Below are positions 1-9,663 of a DNA stretch of 64,000 bases, one piece after another. This DNA is from a bacterium (GTDB lineage: Bacteria > DRYD01). A program made the translations under genes and the position numbers. How positions within the stretch are numbered: the stretch's first letter is position 1; each line of letters begins with the position of its first letter. The DNA lies in contig JBCNVB010000018.1 of NCBI GenBank assembly GCA_039630415.1, positions 35,233-99,232 on the forward strand, in the 5' to 3' direction. The notes beneath the pieces are model-generated. The model was not told the DNA's origin, did not search any database, and worked only from the letters and a program-made list of their open reading frames with translations.

Positions 1-502
1 CTGCAAATCCCTTTATGGAAGTTAATGGAGTTCTTAGTTCATGGGAAACCATAGATATTACTTTTTCACTTATCTCATCAAATTTCTGTCGTAAGTAAGC
101 CTCAGCAAAGGAATCAAAAATTATACTCCTTATACTCTTGTTCTCGTCATACTTTATCAAAGCATAACCATACGATATTCCATCTAAAATGTATTTTATC
201 TTTTCAAACTCTATTTTCTCTTTAAGTATAGCAGACTTTATTTCGGATATAATCCTTATCGCAGCCATTTTGATATTGTATATATCCAGCTTCTTCTTAT
301 ATCTCGGTTTTGAAGATAAGAGAATTATTAACTGATCATCCCTATAGTCATTTGTCAAAACCATATCCTCTTGTCTAAATATTTTCCCTTTTGAGTTAAC
401 TAAGACTTTAGCTATATCCTGAAATATCTGATCATATAGTTCTTTTCCATAAGCTTGTTTGAATTCCGTAGAATTAGATATCTCCAGGGTTATTAAACCC
501 AT
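1..502 (-). CDS. sensor histidine kinase, partial (N-terminal part through the H-box; continues beyond the window start)
   Basis: Manual translation of the reverse complement from the ATG at 502 gives MGLITLEISNSTEFKQAYGKELYDQIF...ISMVSHELRTPLTSIKGFA. The SHELRTPLxxIxGF motif is the HisKA phospho-acceptor H-box. The ORF is open to the window edge and is not in the supplied track. Confidence 0.6.
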   Translation of the reverse strand, partial: MGLITLEISNSTEFKQAYGKELYDQIFQDIAKVLVNSKGKIFRQEDMVLTNDYRDDQLIILLSSKPRYKKKLDIYNIKMAAIRIISEIKSAILKEKIEFEKIKYILDGISYGYALIKYDENKSIRSIIFDSFAEAYLRQKFDEISEKVISMVSHELRTPLTSIKGFA

Positions 503-557
503 TATCTGTAATTCTTGTAGCTTATGATTGATATAGTCAGAAATTGCGAAAATTGGT

Positions 558-1865
558 TTAAGATCTAGAGACTTTAACTCCATCAAGGATATGTTCTAGC
601 TCATTTTCTTCTAGATAGTACTCCACAAAAACAGTAGGCTTGTTGATCTTCATTAGTTTAGTTATATCGAATGGGGTAGCTATGATAACTGCATCAGCTG
701 GAATTTGATTTATGATGTACTCTAACTCCCTTATCTGTTCTGGGAAATATCCCACAGCAGGTAGTACCTCTCTTACTTGAGAGTATTTTTCGTAAGCCTG
801 TTTTATAGAGCCCACAGCATATGCATATGGACTTATTATTTGGCAGTTATATTTTTTAGCAACGATATATCCCGCTCCATACGACATTTCTCCATGCGTT
901 AAAGTAGGTCCATCTTCCACAACTACAACCTTCTTATTTTGTATAACTTCTGGATTATCTACCTTTACTGGTGATTTTGCTTTTATTATTTTGGCACCAG
1001 GATTAATTTTACTTATGTTCTGTTCAAGAATAGCTACATTTTGTGGATCAGCAGTATCTACTTTATTTATGATAGCTATGTTGCACATTCTAGCATTTAC
1101 CTCGCCAGGAAAATAGGTTAATTCATGATTTGGGCGATGAGGATCAAAAACAGTTATCCATAGTGTAGGATAGAAAAATGGGAAATCATTGTTTCCTCCA
1201 TCCCAAACTATAACATCAGCCTCTTTTTCAGCTTCTTGCAAAATCTTTTCATAATCTACCCCAGCATAAACTATATGTCCTTCCTTTATATGAGGCAAAT
1301 ACTCCTCTCCCTCTTCTATCGTGCAATTATTTTTTATTATGTCTTCCGGAGTTTCAAATCTTTGTACTATCTGTTTAGACAGGTCACCATAAGGCATAGG
1401 GTGTCTTACTACAACTACCTTGTAACCTTTTTGTTTAAGTATTTTAGCAACTTTTCTAGAAGTTTGACTCTTTCCACATCCGGTTCTAACAGCTGTTACA
1501 GCAACCACTGGCTTTTGAGAGTAAAGGAAAGTATCTTTAGGAGAAAGTAACCTAAAACTAGCACCGGCTTTCAGCGAAATACTCGCTAAATTCATTACAT
1601 GTACATGACTAACATCTGAGTATGAAAAGACAACTTCATCAACAGAGTATTGCTTTATTAACTTCTCCAACTTTTCTTCAGGATAGATAGGTATTCCATC
1701 AGGATAGTTTGGTCCCGCTAGACAAGATGGATACGTACGATTCTCTATAGAAGGTATCTGGGTTGCAGTAAATGCAACAACTTCATAGTCTGGATTATTC
1801 CTGTAGTAAACGTTGAAGTTATGAAAATCTCTTCCACCGGCGCCTAGTATTATCACCTTTTTCAT
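558..1865 (-). CDS. COG2403-family P-loop NTPase (cyclic 2,3-diphosphoglycerate synthetase-like predicted GTPase)
   Basis: 435 aa. Walker A-like motif VAVTAVRTGCGKSQTS. The overall N-terminal MKKVIILGAGGRDFH Rossmann-like start matches the cpgS/COG2403 architecture. This is the last gene of the minus-strand sulfur cluster. Confidence 0.45.
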   Translation of the reverse strand: MKKVIILGAGGRDFHNFNVYYRNNPDYEVVAFTATQIPSIENRTYPSCLAGPNYPDGIPIYPEEKLEKLIKQYSVDEVVFSYSDVSHVHVMNLASISLKAGASFRLLSPKDTFLYSQKPVVAVTAVRTGCGKSQTSRKVAKILKQKGYKVVVVRHPMPYGDLSKQIVQRFETPEDIIKNNCTIEEGEEYLPHIKEGHIVYAGVDYEKILQEAEKEADVIVWDGGNNDFPFFYPTLWITVFDPHRPNHELTYFPGEVNARMCNIAIINKVDTADPQNVAILEQNISKINPGAKIIKAKSPVKVDNPEVIQNKKVVVVEDGPTLTHGEMSYGAGYIVAKKYNCQIISPYAYAVGSIKQAYEKYSQVREVLPAVGYFPEQIRELEYIINQIPADAVIIATPFDITKLMKINKPTVFVEYYLEENELEHILDGVKVSRS

Positions 1866-1903
1866 ATTCCTTCACCCTGAGTATAGTTTTCTACTCCAAA
1901 AAC

Positions 1904-2434
1904 TTATAACCTGTTTTTTTCAAAAACATAGAAAAGAACACCTGCTGCAATCGTTAAAAGGAGAATTATTAGGAAGGGGGAAGTATTAGCAACTTGGTAA
2001 ATAGTTAATTTTCCGAAGTTACCCAAATCAATCAGTGGTTTAACGTAAGGATATAGATTAATGAAAAGAGCCGATCCTATAATCATTCCTATTACGGCAA
2101 AGATAGCGTGGATTCTACCTTCAGCTATAGCAGCAACTGCTGTTCCTGGACAGTATCCAGTAAGTGCCCAACCCAAACCAAACAATATCCCTCCAAAAAC
2201 TATTGCACCCAATGCTAAAGGCTTAAGATGCAAACTTATCAATCCAAGTTGATTCAATAAGTTAATACCAATAGCTCCAACTATAGCGGCAGAAAACATA
2301 AACTTAATAATTGTCATATCTTTAAAAAGCACCGCAGCTACCTGCTTTTCATACCTTATTACGCCCGCTAAAGTTAGTATAGTACCAAAAATTATCCCTG
2401 CAACCAATCCCACAAGCATTTCCATACCTATCAC
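1904..2434 (-). CDS. YeeE/YedE family sulfur-compound transporter component
   Basis: 176 aa polytopic membrane protein with a GYCPGTAVAA (GxCxG) motif typical of YeeE/YedE (TsuA-like) half-transporters. Paired with the adjacent gene. Confidence 0.6.
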   Translation of the reverse strand: MIGMEMLVGLVAGIIFGTILTLAGVIRYEKQVAAVLFKDMTIIKFMFSAAIVGAIGINLLNQLGLISLHLKPLALGAIVFGGILFGLGWALTGYCPGTAVAAIAEGRIHAIFAVIGMIIGSALFINLYPYVKPLIDLGNFGKLTIYQVANTSPFLIILLLTIAAGVLFYVFEKNRL

Positions 2435-2967
2435 CTCCTGTAAATAATGTTGGCAAATAAAATAGCAGAAGAAAAGAAAACAATAACAGCAATAAGTGAT
2501 CCAAGAGAAAGTTGCATCATCCCACTTAATCCATGCCCACTAGGACAACCATCTGCTAACCTTGCTCCAAAACCAACAAATATACCTCCAAGTAAGGCTA
2601 AAATAGCTCTTAGTGTAAAATTACTACCAAATTTATCCATAAATATTGGAGGCACTAGCTCTAATTTAAAACTCCTATTCAATAACGATGTTATCAGTGC
2701 TCCTATAAATATTCCAAGAACAAACATCATTTGCCAATCTACTTTTAAGTTCAGCTTATTAAAATACTCATTGCTTATGTTTGGTGTAATAGTTTTTTGT
2801 ATAGCTGCAGCTATTTTTGCGAAAGTTGTAGATGTACCGAAAAATTTAGTATCTCCAATTAGCATTGTCGTAAGGTAAACAACGGCTATGGCCAATAAGC
2901 CAACTAGTACTCCTCCAATATATGGATTAAGCCTTGTTTCTTTCATATTATTCACCTCCAACATCAT
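2431..2967 (-). CDS. YeeE/YedE family sulfur-compound transporter component
   Basis: 178 aa membrane protein with a DGCPSGHG motif. Overlaps the downstream partner by 4 bp, suggesting translational coupling. Confidence 0.6.
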   Translation of the reverse strand: MMLEVNNMKETRLNPYIGGVLVGLLAIAVVYLTTMLIGDTKFFGTSTTFAKIAAAIQKTITPNISNEYFNKLNLKVDWQMMFVLGIFIGALITSLLNRSFKLELVPPIFMDKFGSNFTLRAILALLGGIFVGFGARLADGCPSGHGLSGMMQLSLGSLIAVIVFFSSAILFANIIYRR

Positions 2968-3278
2968 AAATATTTTTCAATTATTTTTGATACCGATGAT
3001 ATTTTTTGTTTTAGATGATTTAGAGCAAACATTTCAGAATCGAGATTATCTGAAAGATTAACACAGCAGTTATTTTCAATTATTTTAGCAAGTATATTGG
3101 TAAATGTTTTATGTATAGCTTGTCTTACGGATGCTAATTGATGAACAACTAACTCACAACTTTCTTCCCTTTCAATCATGTTTATTATTGCTCTTATTTG
3201 TCCTTCTATTTTGAGTAATCTAGAAACTAACTCTCTTTTGTCAGCTTTATCCATTATTTTTAGTTCACTTCCTGTCAT
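2964..3278 (-). CDS. CsoR/RcnR/CstR-family metal- or persulfide-sensing transcriptional repressor
   Basis: 104 aa protein of DUF156-like size. It has conserved Cys...His...Cys positions (ESCELVVHQLASVRQAIH...NNCC) and an all-helical repeat pattern. It is embedded in the sulfur-transfer operon, like CstR. Confidence 0.6.
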   Translation of the reverse strand: MTGSELKIMDKADKRELVSRLLKIEGQIRAIINMIEREESCELVVHQLASVRQAIHKTFTNILAKIIENNCCVNLSDNLDSEMFALNHLKQKISSVSKIIEKYL

Positions 3279-3299
3279 TGTTACTCGCCTCCCCTAGAT

Positions 3300-4415
3300 T
3301 CATAGTTTAACAAAGACTCCTAAGAAAAGGATGACAATATAAGCTACAATTCCGACAAAAGTTGCTCCAATAAATCCCACAATAAAAGGTTTTATCCCCA
3401 TTCCTTTAAACACATGAAATTCCGTATTAAGTCCCACAGCAGCCATAGCTGTACCTAAAAGATATTTTGATCCCCAAACCTCTCCTAGAGTGTTTATTAG
3501 GTTTTTCCAACTATTATAGTCAAATACTCCTAAGGCTAAATATCCATTAGCCAAATTCATATCACCTATAGATCTTACCAAAGCCATAGCAATAAACCCA
3601 AGGATAAACATAGGTATTATCTTGAATAAGTTAACTTTACCCTGTTCAGAAGAAGAACTTCTTAAGTAAAGAAAGGCTAGTAAAGGCACTACAATTGCAA
3701 GAAAGAGATTTCTAGTTAATTTGGTAACGGTAGCTGTTTTGAAAACAGTATCGTCATTGTAAACTTCTTTGTATGTTAAAGCAGCACCAACTACTTGAGA
3801 AGTTTCATGAATAGCAGTACCTATAAATAAACCTATCTGCTCGGAGGTAGTAAATAAAAATTTAGCCAGATATGGATACAAAAACATAGCGAGTAAACCA
3901 AAAATTGTCACGTTTGCAACTGAGTACGCTATTTCCTTATTTTCTGCCTTTATAGCAGGTGAAACAGAAACTATAGCAGTAACTCCACATATACTCGTAC
4001 CTGCTGCTATCAATGTACCTAACTTCTCAGGTAACCTCATCATCTTATTTACCAAATAAATGAATATCAACGCAGAAAATATTACTATGAGCACTATAGG
4101 TATTCCCCAAGCACCTAACTTGAATACTTCACTTACACTCAGCTTTATACCAACCAATATAATTCCAAGCCGGAGAATCTTAGTTAGAGAAAATTCTATT
4201 CCCTTTTTAAATATATCTGGTAGCTTAATAGTATTTGCCACGATTATTCCAAGAATAATAGCAACAAGTACTGAAGATATGGGACTGCTTTTTCCTGTTG
4301 GATCTATTCCTTGGATTTTTAGAATCATTTTTCCTAAGTGATCAGCTATTGGTATAGACAACAGCATAAGTATCACAGACAAAATTACCCCTGGTATAAT
4401 ACTCATACTAATCAT
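3300..4415 (-). CDS. YeiH/UPF0324-family putative sulfate/sulfur-anion exporter
   Basis: 371 aa polytopic membrane protein. Its length and N-terminal region match the UPF0324 (YeiH) family. Confidence 0.45.
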   Translation of the reverse strand: MISMSIIPGVILSVILMLLSIPIADHLGKMILKIQGIDPTGKSSPISSVLVAIILGIIVANTIKLPDIFKKGIEFSLTKILRLGIILVGIKLSVSEVFKLGAWGIPIVLIVIFSALIFIYLVNKMMRLPEKLGTLIAAGTSICGVTAIVSVSPAIKAENKEIAYSVANVTIFGLLAMFLYPYLAKFLFTTSEQIGLFIGTAIHETSQVVGAALTYKEVYNDDTVFKTATVTKLTRNLFLAIVVPLLAFLYLRSSSSEQGKVNLFKIIPMFILGFIAMALVRSIGDMNLANGYLALGVFDYNSWKNLINTLGEVWGSKYLLGTAMAAVGLNTEFHVFKGMGIKPFIVGFIGATFVGIVAYIVILFLGVFVKL

Positions 4416-4436
4416 CCCCCTTGTTGTAGGGTAAGT

Positions 4437-5015
4437 TTATATGAATATGGTCATAGCAGAGTTTAGTGCATGGGATAAGAAGTAAGCAACCCCTCCAGAT
4501 TCCACTCCTTCAATTAATTCCTCATCTTGTATTCCTAGTACATCTTTTGACATTTCACAAGCTATGAACTTGACTCCTATCTCCTTGGCCATTTTCATTA
4601 ATTCTTCTAAAGTGCTAACATTTTTTTCTCTCATCATATTTCTAAGCATAGTAGCACCAATCCCAAAGAAATTCATTTTAGATACAGGTAACTGTGAAGA
4701 GGAGGAGGGGTTAAGAAGAGAGAACATAACTTGGTGCCATTTTTTGTTGTTTAATTTTCGCTTAGCTTTTATAGCGTTTATCCCCCAGAATGTAAAGAAT
4801 ACACTTACTTGTTTACCAAAAGCGGCAGCACCAGTTGCTATTATCATTGAAGCCAGCACTCTATCCAAATCACCTGAAAAAACTACTATGGCAACCTTAT
4901 CTTTCTGTTCAATAATGCTAGATAGTTCTGATCTGAGTTGATTTATTTGCTGTTGTAAAGTATCTATTTGACTCTTTAAATCCTGTATGCTATCTTTTGT
5001 AATTTCTGGAGTCAT
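4437..5015 (-). CDS. DsrE/DsrF/TusD-like sulfur-relay protein
   Basis: 192 aa. N-terminal coiled coil followed by a DsrE-like fold (VAIVVFSGDLDRVLASMIIATGAAAFG ... KFIACEMS with an active-site-like Cys). Confidence 0.5.
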   Translation of the reverse strand: MTPEITKDSIQDLKSQIDTLQQQINQLRSELSSIIEQKDKVAIVVFSGDLDRVLASMIIATGAAAFGKQVSVFFTFWGINAIKAKRKLNNKKWHQVMFSLLNPSSSSQLPVSKMNFFGIGATMLRNMMREKNVSTLEELMKMAKEIGVKFIACEMSKDVLGIQDEELIEGVESGGVAYFLSHALNSAMTIFI

Positions 5016-5027
5016 AAAGATTCCCTC

Positions 5028-5288
5028 CTACTTTTTCTTAATGTAGTGGACATAGATTTCTTTTCCATCCTGATCTTTTTCTGTTGCTTGATGTACAAGC
5101 TCTATGGATTTATCTACGTTAGCCCATCCTTGGAAATCTTTTAAAGATCCTTTGTCAGTAGCTATAACTTTGATTACCATTCCACTTGAAACTTTATTAA
5201 CTTCTTGTTTAGCTTTGACAAGGGGCATAGGACAAGAAAGCCCCTTGACGTCTAGCAATAAATTATAGCTCAAGTTTCCTTGACTCAT
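5028..5288 (-). CDS. tusA: TusA-like sulfurtransferase
   Basis: 86 aa. LDVKGLSCPMPLVKAK contains the conserved CPxP motif of the TusA/SirA family. Confidence 0.7.
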   Translation of the reverse strand: MSQGNLSYNLLLDVKGLSCPMPLVKAKQEVNKVSSGMVIKVIATDKGSLKDFQGWANVDKSIELVHQATEKDQDGKEIYVHYIKKK

Positions 5289-5310
5289 CGAAATACACCT
5301 CCTTTAGATT

Positions 5311-6510
5311 TTATGATTTATAAGCCTGGGAAAGAGCACATACGTTTTTACCAGTTTCTAACTCTTCTGCTCTTTCCTCGTCAACTTCTATGAGCTCTAT
5401 GTTGACTCTCTTGATTTCAACGTATTCAGGTGGGAAGGTTGGTAAGCTAGATAGCATGTATTTTACAAATTCTTCTTTTCCTTTAGTTATTAACAAGTTT
5501 AGTGCTTCATTCGATTTTTTGAGATTTCCAAGTGTTTCAATAAATAATCCTTGTTCGTTAGCTTCGGATATTTTACTAAAGTGTGCAGGTAAAACAATTG
5601 TATCATCTGGAAGTTTTGTAAGTCTTGAAAGTGATTCAGCTTGCATTGGAGCCCAGGTTTCCCCTCTACCACCAAGGTCAGGTCTTGCAACGGATACGAT
5701 GAATATCGTATCTCCTGTAAACAGGTATTTATCGTTTACCAAGTACACCAAGTTACCTAAAGTATGCCCTGGTACATGAATTACTTTGATTTTTGCAGAT
5801 CCCAGTTCAAGTACATCCCCTTCTTTTAGGAAAGAGAATTGAACTTTACCAATCATAACATCAACTGGATGGATAGCATCATATGGATGGAAGTAGTAAG
5901 GCACGTTTAGCATTCTAGAAAGTTTTGGTCCACCACTTATGTGGTCAGCATGAATGTGAGTGTCTAGGATAAACTTTATTTTGGCTCCTTTTTGGTTTAT
6001 GAAGTCTATGTATTTTTCGACGTGTCTTAATGGATCTATTATGGTTGCTTCGTTGTTAGATATGATTACCCAACTGAGATCTCCTCTAGAAATTCTGCTT
6101 ATTTGGTATATGGATAGTTCTGGTGATTCTATAACGGTTTTGTAGTCGTAGTAGTTAAACCAGTTTTGCATACCTCCTTCGAGATTGTAGGCTTTGTATC
6201 CTAGTTTTGTGAGGTTATTGACAAAGAGTTGAGAGGTTCCACCTTTGTCACATACGACATAAAGTTCTTCATTCTTAGAGAACATGTTTGGGAAGTTGTT
6301 TTGGATGTATTTAGTCATATCTGCGTCTATATCTCCTGTTTCGAGCATTTGTGCATAGTAGATATTGAATATTGAGAAGTTTTGTTTACCTTCTATTTTG
6401 TGGGTTTTGAATTTTTCTGGGCTTCTAAGGTCTATTAGAGTTATTTTTTGGTCTTTTTGCATTTTTTCGTATAGTTCTTGAGGGGTTATTGTTTGTGTCA
6501 TGTTATTCAC
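5311..6510 (-). CDS. rhodanese domain / metallo-beta-lactamase fusion (persulfide dioxygenase-sulfurtransferase-like)
   Basis: 399 aa. The N-terminal rhodanese has the catalytic-Cys region VVCDKGGTSQ. The C-terminal MBL fold has HIHADHISGG (HxHxDH). The architecture resembles CstB/ETHE1-rhodanese fusions. Confidence 0.65.
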   Translation of the reverse strand: MNNMTQTITPQELYEKMQKDQKITLIDLRSPEKFKTHKIEGKQNFSIFNIYYAQMLETGDIDADMTKYIQNNFPNMFSKNEELYVVCDKGGTSQLFVNNLTKLGYKAYNLEGGMQNWFNYYDYKTVIESPELSIYQISRISRGDLSWVIISNNEATIIDPLRHVEKYIDFINQKGAKIKFILDTHIHADHISGGPKLSRMLNVPYYFHPYDAIHPVDVMIGKVQFSFLKEGDVLELGSAKIKVIHVPGHTLGNLVYLVNDKYLFTGDTIFIVSVARPDLGGRGETWAPMQAESLSRLTKLPDDTIVLPAHFSKISEANEQGLFIETLGNLKKSNEALNLLITKGKEEFVKYMLSSLPTFPPEYVEIKRVNIELIEVDEERAEELETGKNVCALSQAYKS

Positions 6511-6521
6511 CTCCTGTTTTC

Positions 6522-6588
6522 TATACCCCTTACCCTTATACCCATACCCCTATACCCTTTACCCTTCCCACTATAATATTATACCCAA
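6522..6588. promoter_or_regulatory. C-rich near-heptameric direct repeat array (TACCC(T/C)T, 7 copies) in the promoter region of the sulfur operon
   Basis: TACCC occurs at 6524, 6531, 6539, 6545, 6553, 6560 and 6582 with 6-8 nt spacing. This is a highly atypical composition for this roughly 30% GC genome. It lies directly upstream of the first gene of the minus-strand sulfur operon. Confidence 0.4.
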
Positions 6589-6663
6589 AACTAGAACATC
6601 CTCCTACCTAAAATAACCTATAAACATTGATTTTTGTCAATAAAAATATCGAAAACCTAAATC

Positions 6664-6927
6664 TTATCCAGCTTGCTTTTTAACAACAAAATCAACATGA
6701 ATTTTTTTGTTTATCTTAGCACCATAAGCCATAACAATAGCCTTAATAGAAGTCAATAACATCTTGTTCCTGTTTAAAAAATTAAAATCGTTCTTGGAAA
6801 CATAAGCTTTTAAATAAACATTCTTAGAATCTTCTTTCCCAGTTACATGAAATTCCGAAAGAAGTAAAGACAACAAGTAACTGAGTATTTGCTCCGCATT
6901 TGATACTTTACTTAGCATATCTATCAC
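6664..6927 (-). CDS. KH-domain RNA-binding protein (YlqC/UPF0109-like)
   Basis: 87 aa. The C-terminal [20 protein letters not shown] resembles the KH core plus the 'RVxVDIV' tail of the UPF0109 family. Confidence 0.4.
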   Translation of the reverse strand: MIDMLSKVSNAEQILSYLLSLLLSEFHVTGKEDSKNVYLKAYVSKNDFNFLNRNKMLLTSIKAIVMAYGAKINKKIHVDFVVKKQAG

Positions 6928-8186
6928 CTTCCGACGTACACCGGATAAGCAGAGGATATTTCTTTAACTTTATCTGAAACGTACTCCTTTTTCGAAGGAT
7001 CCTTGAGTATTGTAGAAATTAGTTTGGCTACTTCGATCACCTCGTTTTCTTTGAACCCTCTGGTGGTTATTGATGGAGTTCCTATCCTTATTCCACTAGT
7101 TATTCTCGGGGGTTGGGGATCATATGGAATTACGTTTTTATTTACATATATCCCCACCTGATTTAGAAGTTCTTCAGCTTCTTTACCTGTAAGACCAGTA
7201 TTTCTTAAGTCAACTAAAAACATATGACAATCAGTTCCTTGAGAAACTATCCTAAAACCTTCCTCTTGTAAAGTTTTTGCAAATACTTTAGCATTAGAAA
7301 CAACTTGTTTTTGATACTCTACAAATTCTGGAGTTTGAGCTAATTTAAAAGCGACAGCTTTAGCAGCTATCACATGCATTAAGGGTCCACCCTGAACACC
7401 AGGAAAAACCGATTTATCTATATCTTTTGAGTACTCTTTTTTGCAGAGTATAATTCCTCCCCTGGGTCCTCTAAGAGTTTTGTGGGTAGTAGAAGTTACA
7501 AAATCTGCATAAGGTACAGGAGAAGGATAAACCCCAGCTGCAATTAACCCCGAATAATGAGCCATATCAAATAAAAAATAACAGCTCACTTCTTTAGCTA
7601 TTTCAGCAAAGATTTTTGAATCTATAACTCTTGAGTAACTTGAGGCACCTGCTAGGATCATTTTTGGCCTGTATTTTAAAGCCAAGTCCCTCACCTGATC
7701 ATAATCTATTAACTCATCTTTTCTCGAAACACCATAATGTATCACATTGTAGATTTGTCCCGAGAAATTAACAGGGCTACCATGGGTTAAATGTCCTCCA
7801 CAGCTCAAGTCCATTGTAAGAATAGTATCCCCTGGTTTGAGAAAGGCAAAAAATACTGCCATATTGGCCTGCGCTCCTGAATGAGGCTGAACATTAGCAT
7901 GCTCAGCTTTATATAAACTCTTCAATCTTTCAATCGCTATGCTTTCTATTTGATCTATGTATTGACAACCAGAATAATATCTTTTACCAGGATAACCCTC
8001 TGCATATTTATTTGAAAGAGCTGTTCCCATTGCTTGTAGTACAGCTTTAAAAGCATAGTTTTCCGAAGCAATTAAATTTATTCCCTCAGATTGTCTTTTA
8101 GTTTCTTTTTCGATCAAACTAAATATTTCTGGATCTATTTCTTGAAGGTCAGAATTTATTTCAGAAAATCTTATCAAGCAAAACAC
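6924..8186 (-). CDS. glyA: serine hydroxymethyltransferase
   Basis: 420 aa. Contains [12 protein letters not shown] and the PLP-lysine region [12 protein letters not shown]. Full-length SHMT. Confidence 0.95.
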   Translation of the reverse strand: MFCLIRFSEINSDLQEIDPEIFSLIEKETKRQSEGINLIASENYAFKAVLQAMGTALSNKYAEGYPGKRYYSGCQYIDQIESIAIERLKSLYKAEHANVQPHSGAQANMAVFFAFLKPGDTILTMDLSCGGHLTHGSPVNFSGQIYNVIHYGVSRKDELIDYDQVRDLALKYRPKMILAGASSYSRVIDSKIFAEIAKEVSCYFLFDMAHYSGLIAAGVYPSPVPYADFVTSTTHKTLRGPRGGIILCKKEYSKDIDKSVFPGVQGGPLMHVIAAKAVAFKLAQTPEFVEYQKQVVSNAKVFAKTLQEEGFRIVSQGTDCHMFLVDLRNTGLTGKEAEELLNQVGIYVNKNVIPYDPQPPRITSGIRIGTPSITTRGFKENEVIEVAKLISTILKDPSKKEYVSDKVKEISSAYPVYVGR

Positions 8187-8910
8187 CTCCCAATTTTGAC
8201 CTATAAATGTCTATAATTTCCCTTGACTTTTGGAAACTAATTTGTATTATTTCAGATAAAAGTTCAGGATTCATAAAATCTTTTTCAGAAGAGAATTGCA
8301 GTTCGGATATTTTGTTGTCTGCGGTTACGACAATATTAAGATCAACATCTGCTGAACTATCCTCAATATAGTTTGGATCAAGAAGAATTTGCCCATCTTG
8401 AATAACAAAACTCATAGCAGCTATGACACTTTTTAGCGGTATACATTCAATTGCTCCCTGTTGCAGGAGTTTGTTAAAAGCCACTAAGAGAGCTACAAAA
8501 CCGGTATTAATACAAGCTATTCTTGTTCCTCCATCAGCCTGTAAAACATCACAATCAACTATGAGCTGGTATTTGGGGAATTTGTATAGGTCGAATGCAC
8601 TTCTGAGAACCCTAGATACTATTCTTCTTATTTCCTGCGCTCTGGCATTTACAATGTTAGGGTTTCTTGTTATGGTAGATGCTGGTAACATACGATATTC
8701 AGCAGTAATCCATCCATGCCCTAATCCTTTGCAAAAATCAGGTAGCGCGTCTGTTAAAGTTACGCTTACCAAAACAACAGTATCACCAAGAACTCCCTTT
8801 ACACAAGAAAAAGGTATTTTTAGATAGTCAACATGAAAATCCATTTTTCTAAATTCTAGGTTCTGTCTACCATCTATTCTCATTTTCATCTTCCTCTCTG
8901 AAAATATCAT
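8161..8910 (-). CDS. rph: ribonuclease PH
   Basis: Contains [20 protein letters not shown] and [23 protein letters not shown], matching RNase PH motifs. The true start is probably the internal MKMRIDGR (about 8889). Confidence 0.85.
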   Translation of the reverse strand: MIFSERKMKMRIDGRQNLEFRKMDFHVDYLKIPFSCVKGVLGDTVVLVSVTLTDALPDFCKGLGHGWITAEYRMLPASTITRNPNIVNARAQEIRRIVSRVLRSAFDLYKFPKYQLIVDCDVLQADGGTRIACINTGFVALLVAFNKLLQQGAIECIPLKSVIAAMSFVIQDGQILLDPNYIEDSSADVDLNIVVTADNKISELQFSSEKDFMNPELLSEIIQISFQKSREIIDIYRSKLGGVLLDKIF

Positions 8911-9658
8911 CTTCTAGGTTTAGGTATTCTGTCGTGTTAGTTTCATCAATATTTTCTTCAGGAATATTCTCTTCAGATGGTTGATCTAGAGATAATTGTT
9001 CTAGTTCTAAATCCTGATCGTCGAGATCCATTATAACGGTTTCACGATAGGTTTCTGTTTTTTTTATGTTTTGAGGCATAAATTCTTCTAATGATTCTTC
9101 TTTTTGGACTTCAAAATTGATGTATGAAAAATCATCAAAGGATACGTCATAGTCTTCAAGCTCGGAAGTATATCCGATAAAAGGAGTCTCTGCCTCTTCT
9201 CTAACTATTCCGATATTTTTCTTCAGTACTATTATGTACTCGGATTTTCCGAATTTGTTTTCTTCTATATAGACGATTTTGGATGTTTCTTTTTCCTGAG
9301 TCTTAGTGTTTTTGAAAAGGATTTTAGAGGGTACAAAACCTGCTTTTCCTTCCCAACTCCACCAGTCTATACTTTCAAAGTTAAAAGGGAGAAAAGGTAC
9401 AATTGGATCGTATACAACCAAATTATCCTCTATCTTTTTTGCATATAGGAATATGCCGTCTTTTTGTATTATGTACGATTCCTTTTTTATTTCCTCATCT
9501 TCTACGTAGTATGAAAATATGTATATTGCCTTATCCGAGAAGGGTATTTTCTCGGTTATAACTACTTTGGTTATCAGGTAATCGTTACTAAATTTTTCAG
9601 ATGTTTTATATATCCAGGTGTTTTTTATGTTTAGTGGAAAATAAAGCCAGAAACTCAT
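8867..9658 (-). CDS. hypothetical protein with a highly acidic C-terminal tail
   Basis: 263 aa ORF with no recognisable motifs. The last roughly 60 aa are D/E-rich. Confidence 0.4.
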   Translation of the reverse strand: MSFWLYFPLNIKNTWIYKTSEKFSNDYLITKVVITEKIPFSDKAIYIFSYYVEDEEIKKESYIIQKDGIFLYAKKIEDNLVVYDPIVPFLPFNFESIDWWSWEGKAGFVPSKILFKNTKTQEKETSKIVYIEENKFGKSEYIIVLKKNIGIVREEAETPFIGYTSELEDYDVSFDDFSYINFEVQKEESLEEFMPQNIKKTETYRETVIMDLDDQDLELEQLSLDQPSEENIPEENIDETNTTEYLNLEDDIFREEDENENRW

Positions 9659-9663
9659 TTATA

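Noticed and set aside
1236-1550. Numerous 60-140-aa ORFs in the track lie antisense or out-of-frame inside long genes (for example 1236..1550, 2447..2878, 4060..4341, 8423..8827, 10637..10858, 11249..11785, 33226..33558, 43538..43894).
   Set aside because: They are embedded in well-supported conserved genes on the opposite strand or in another frame. They are low-complexity shadow ORFs typical of AT-rich DNA and have no independent signals.
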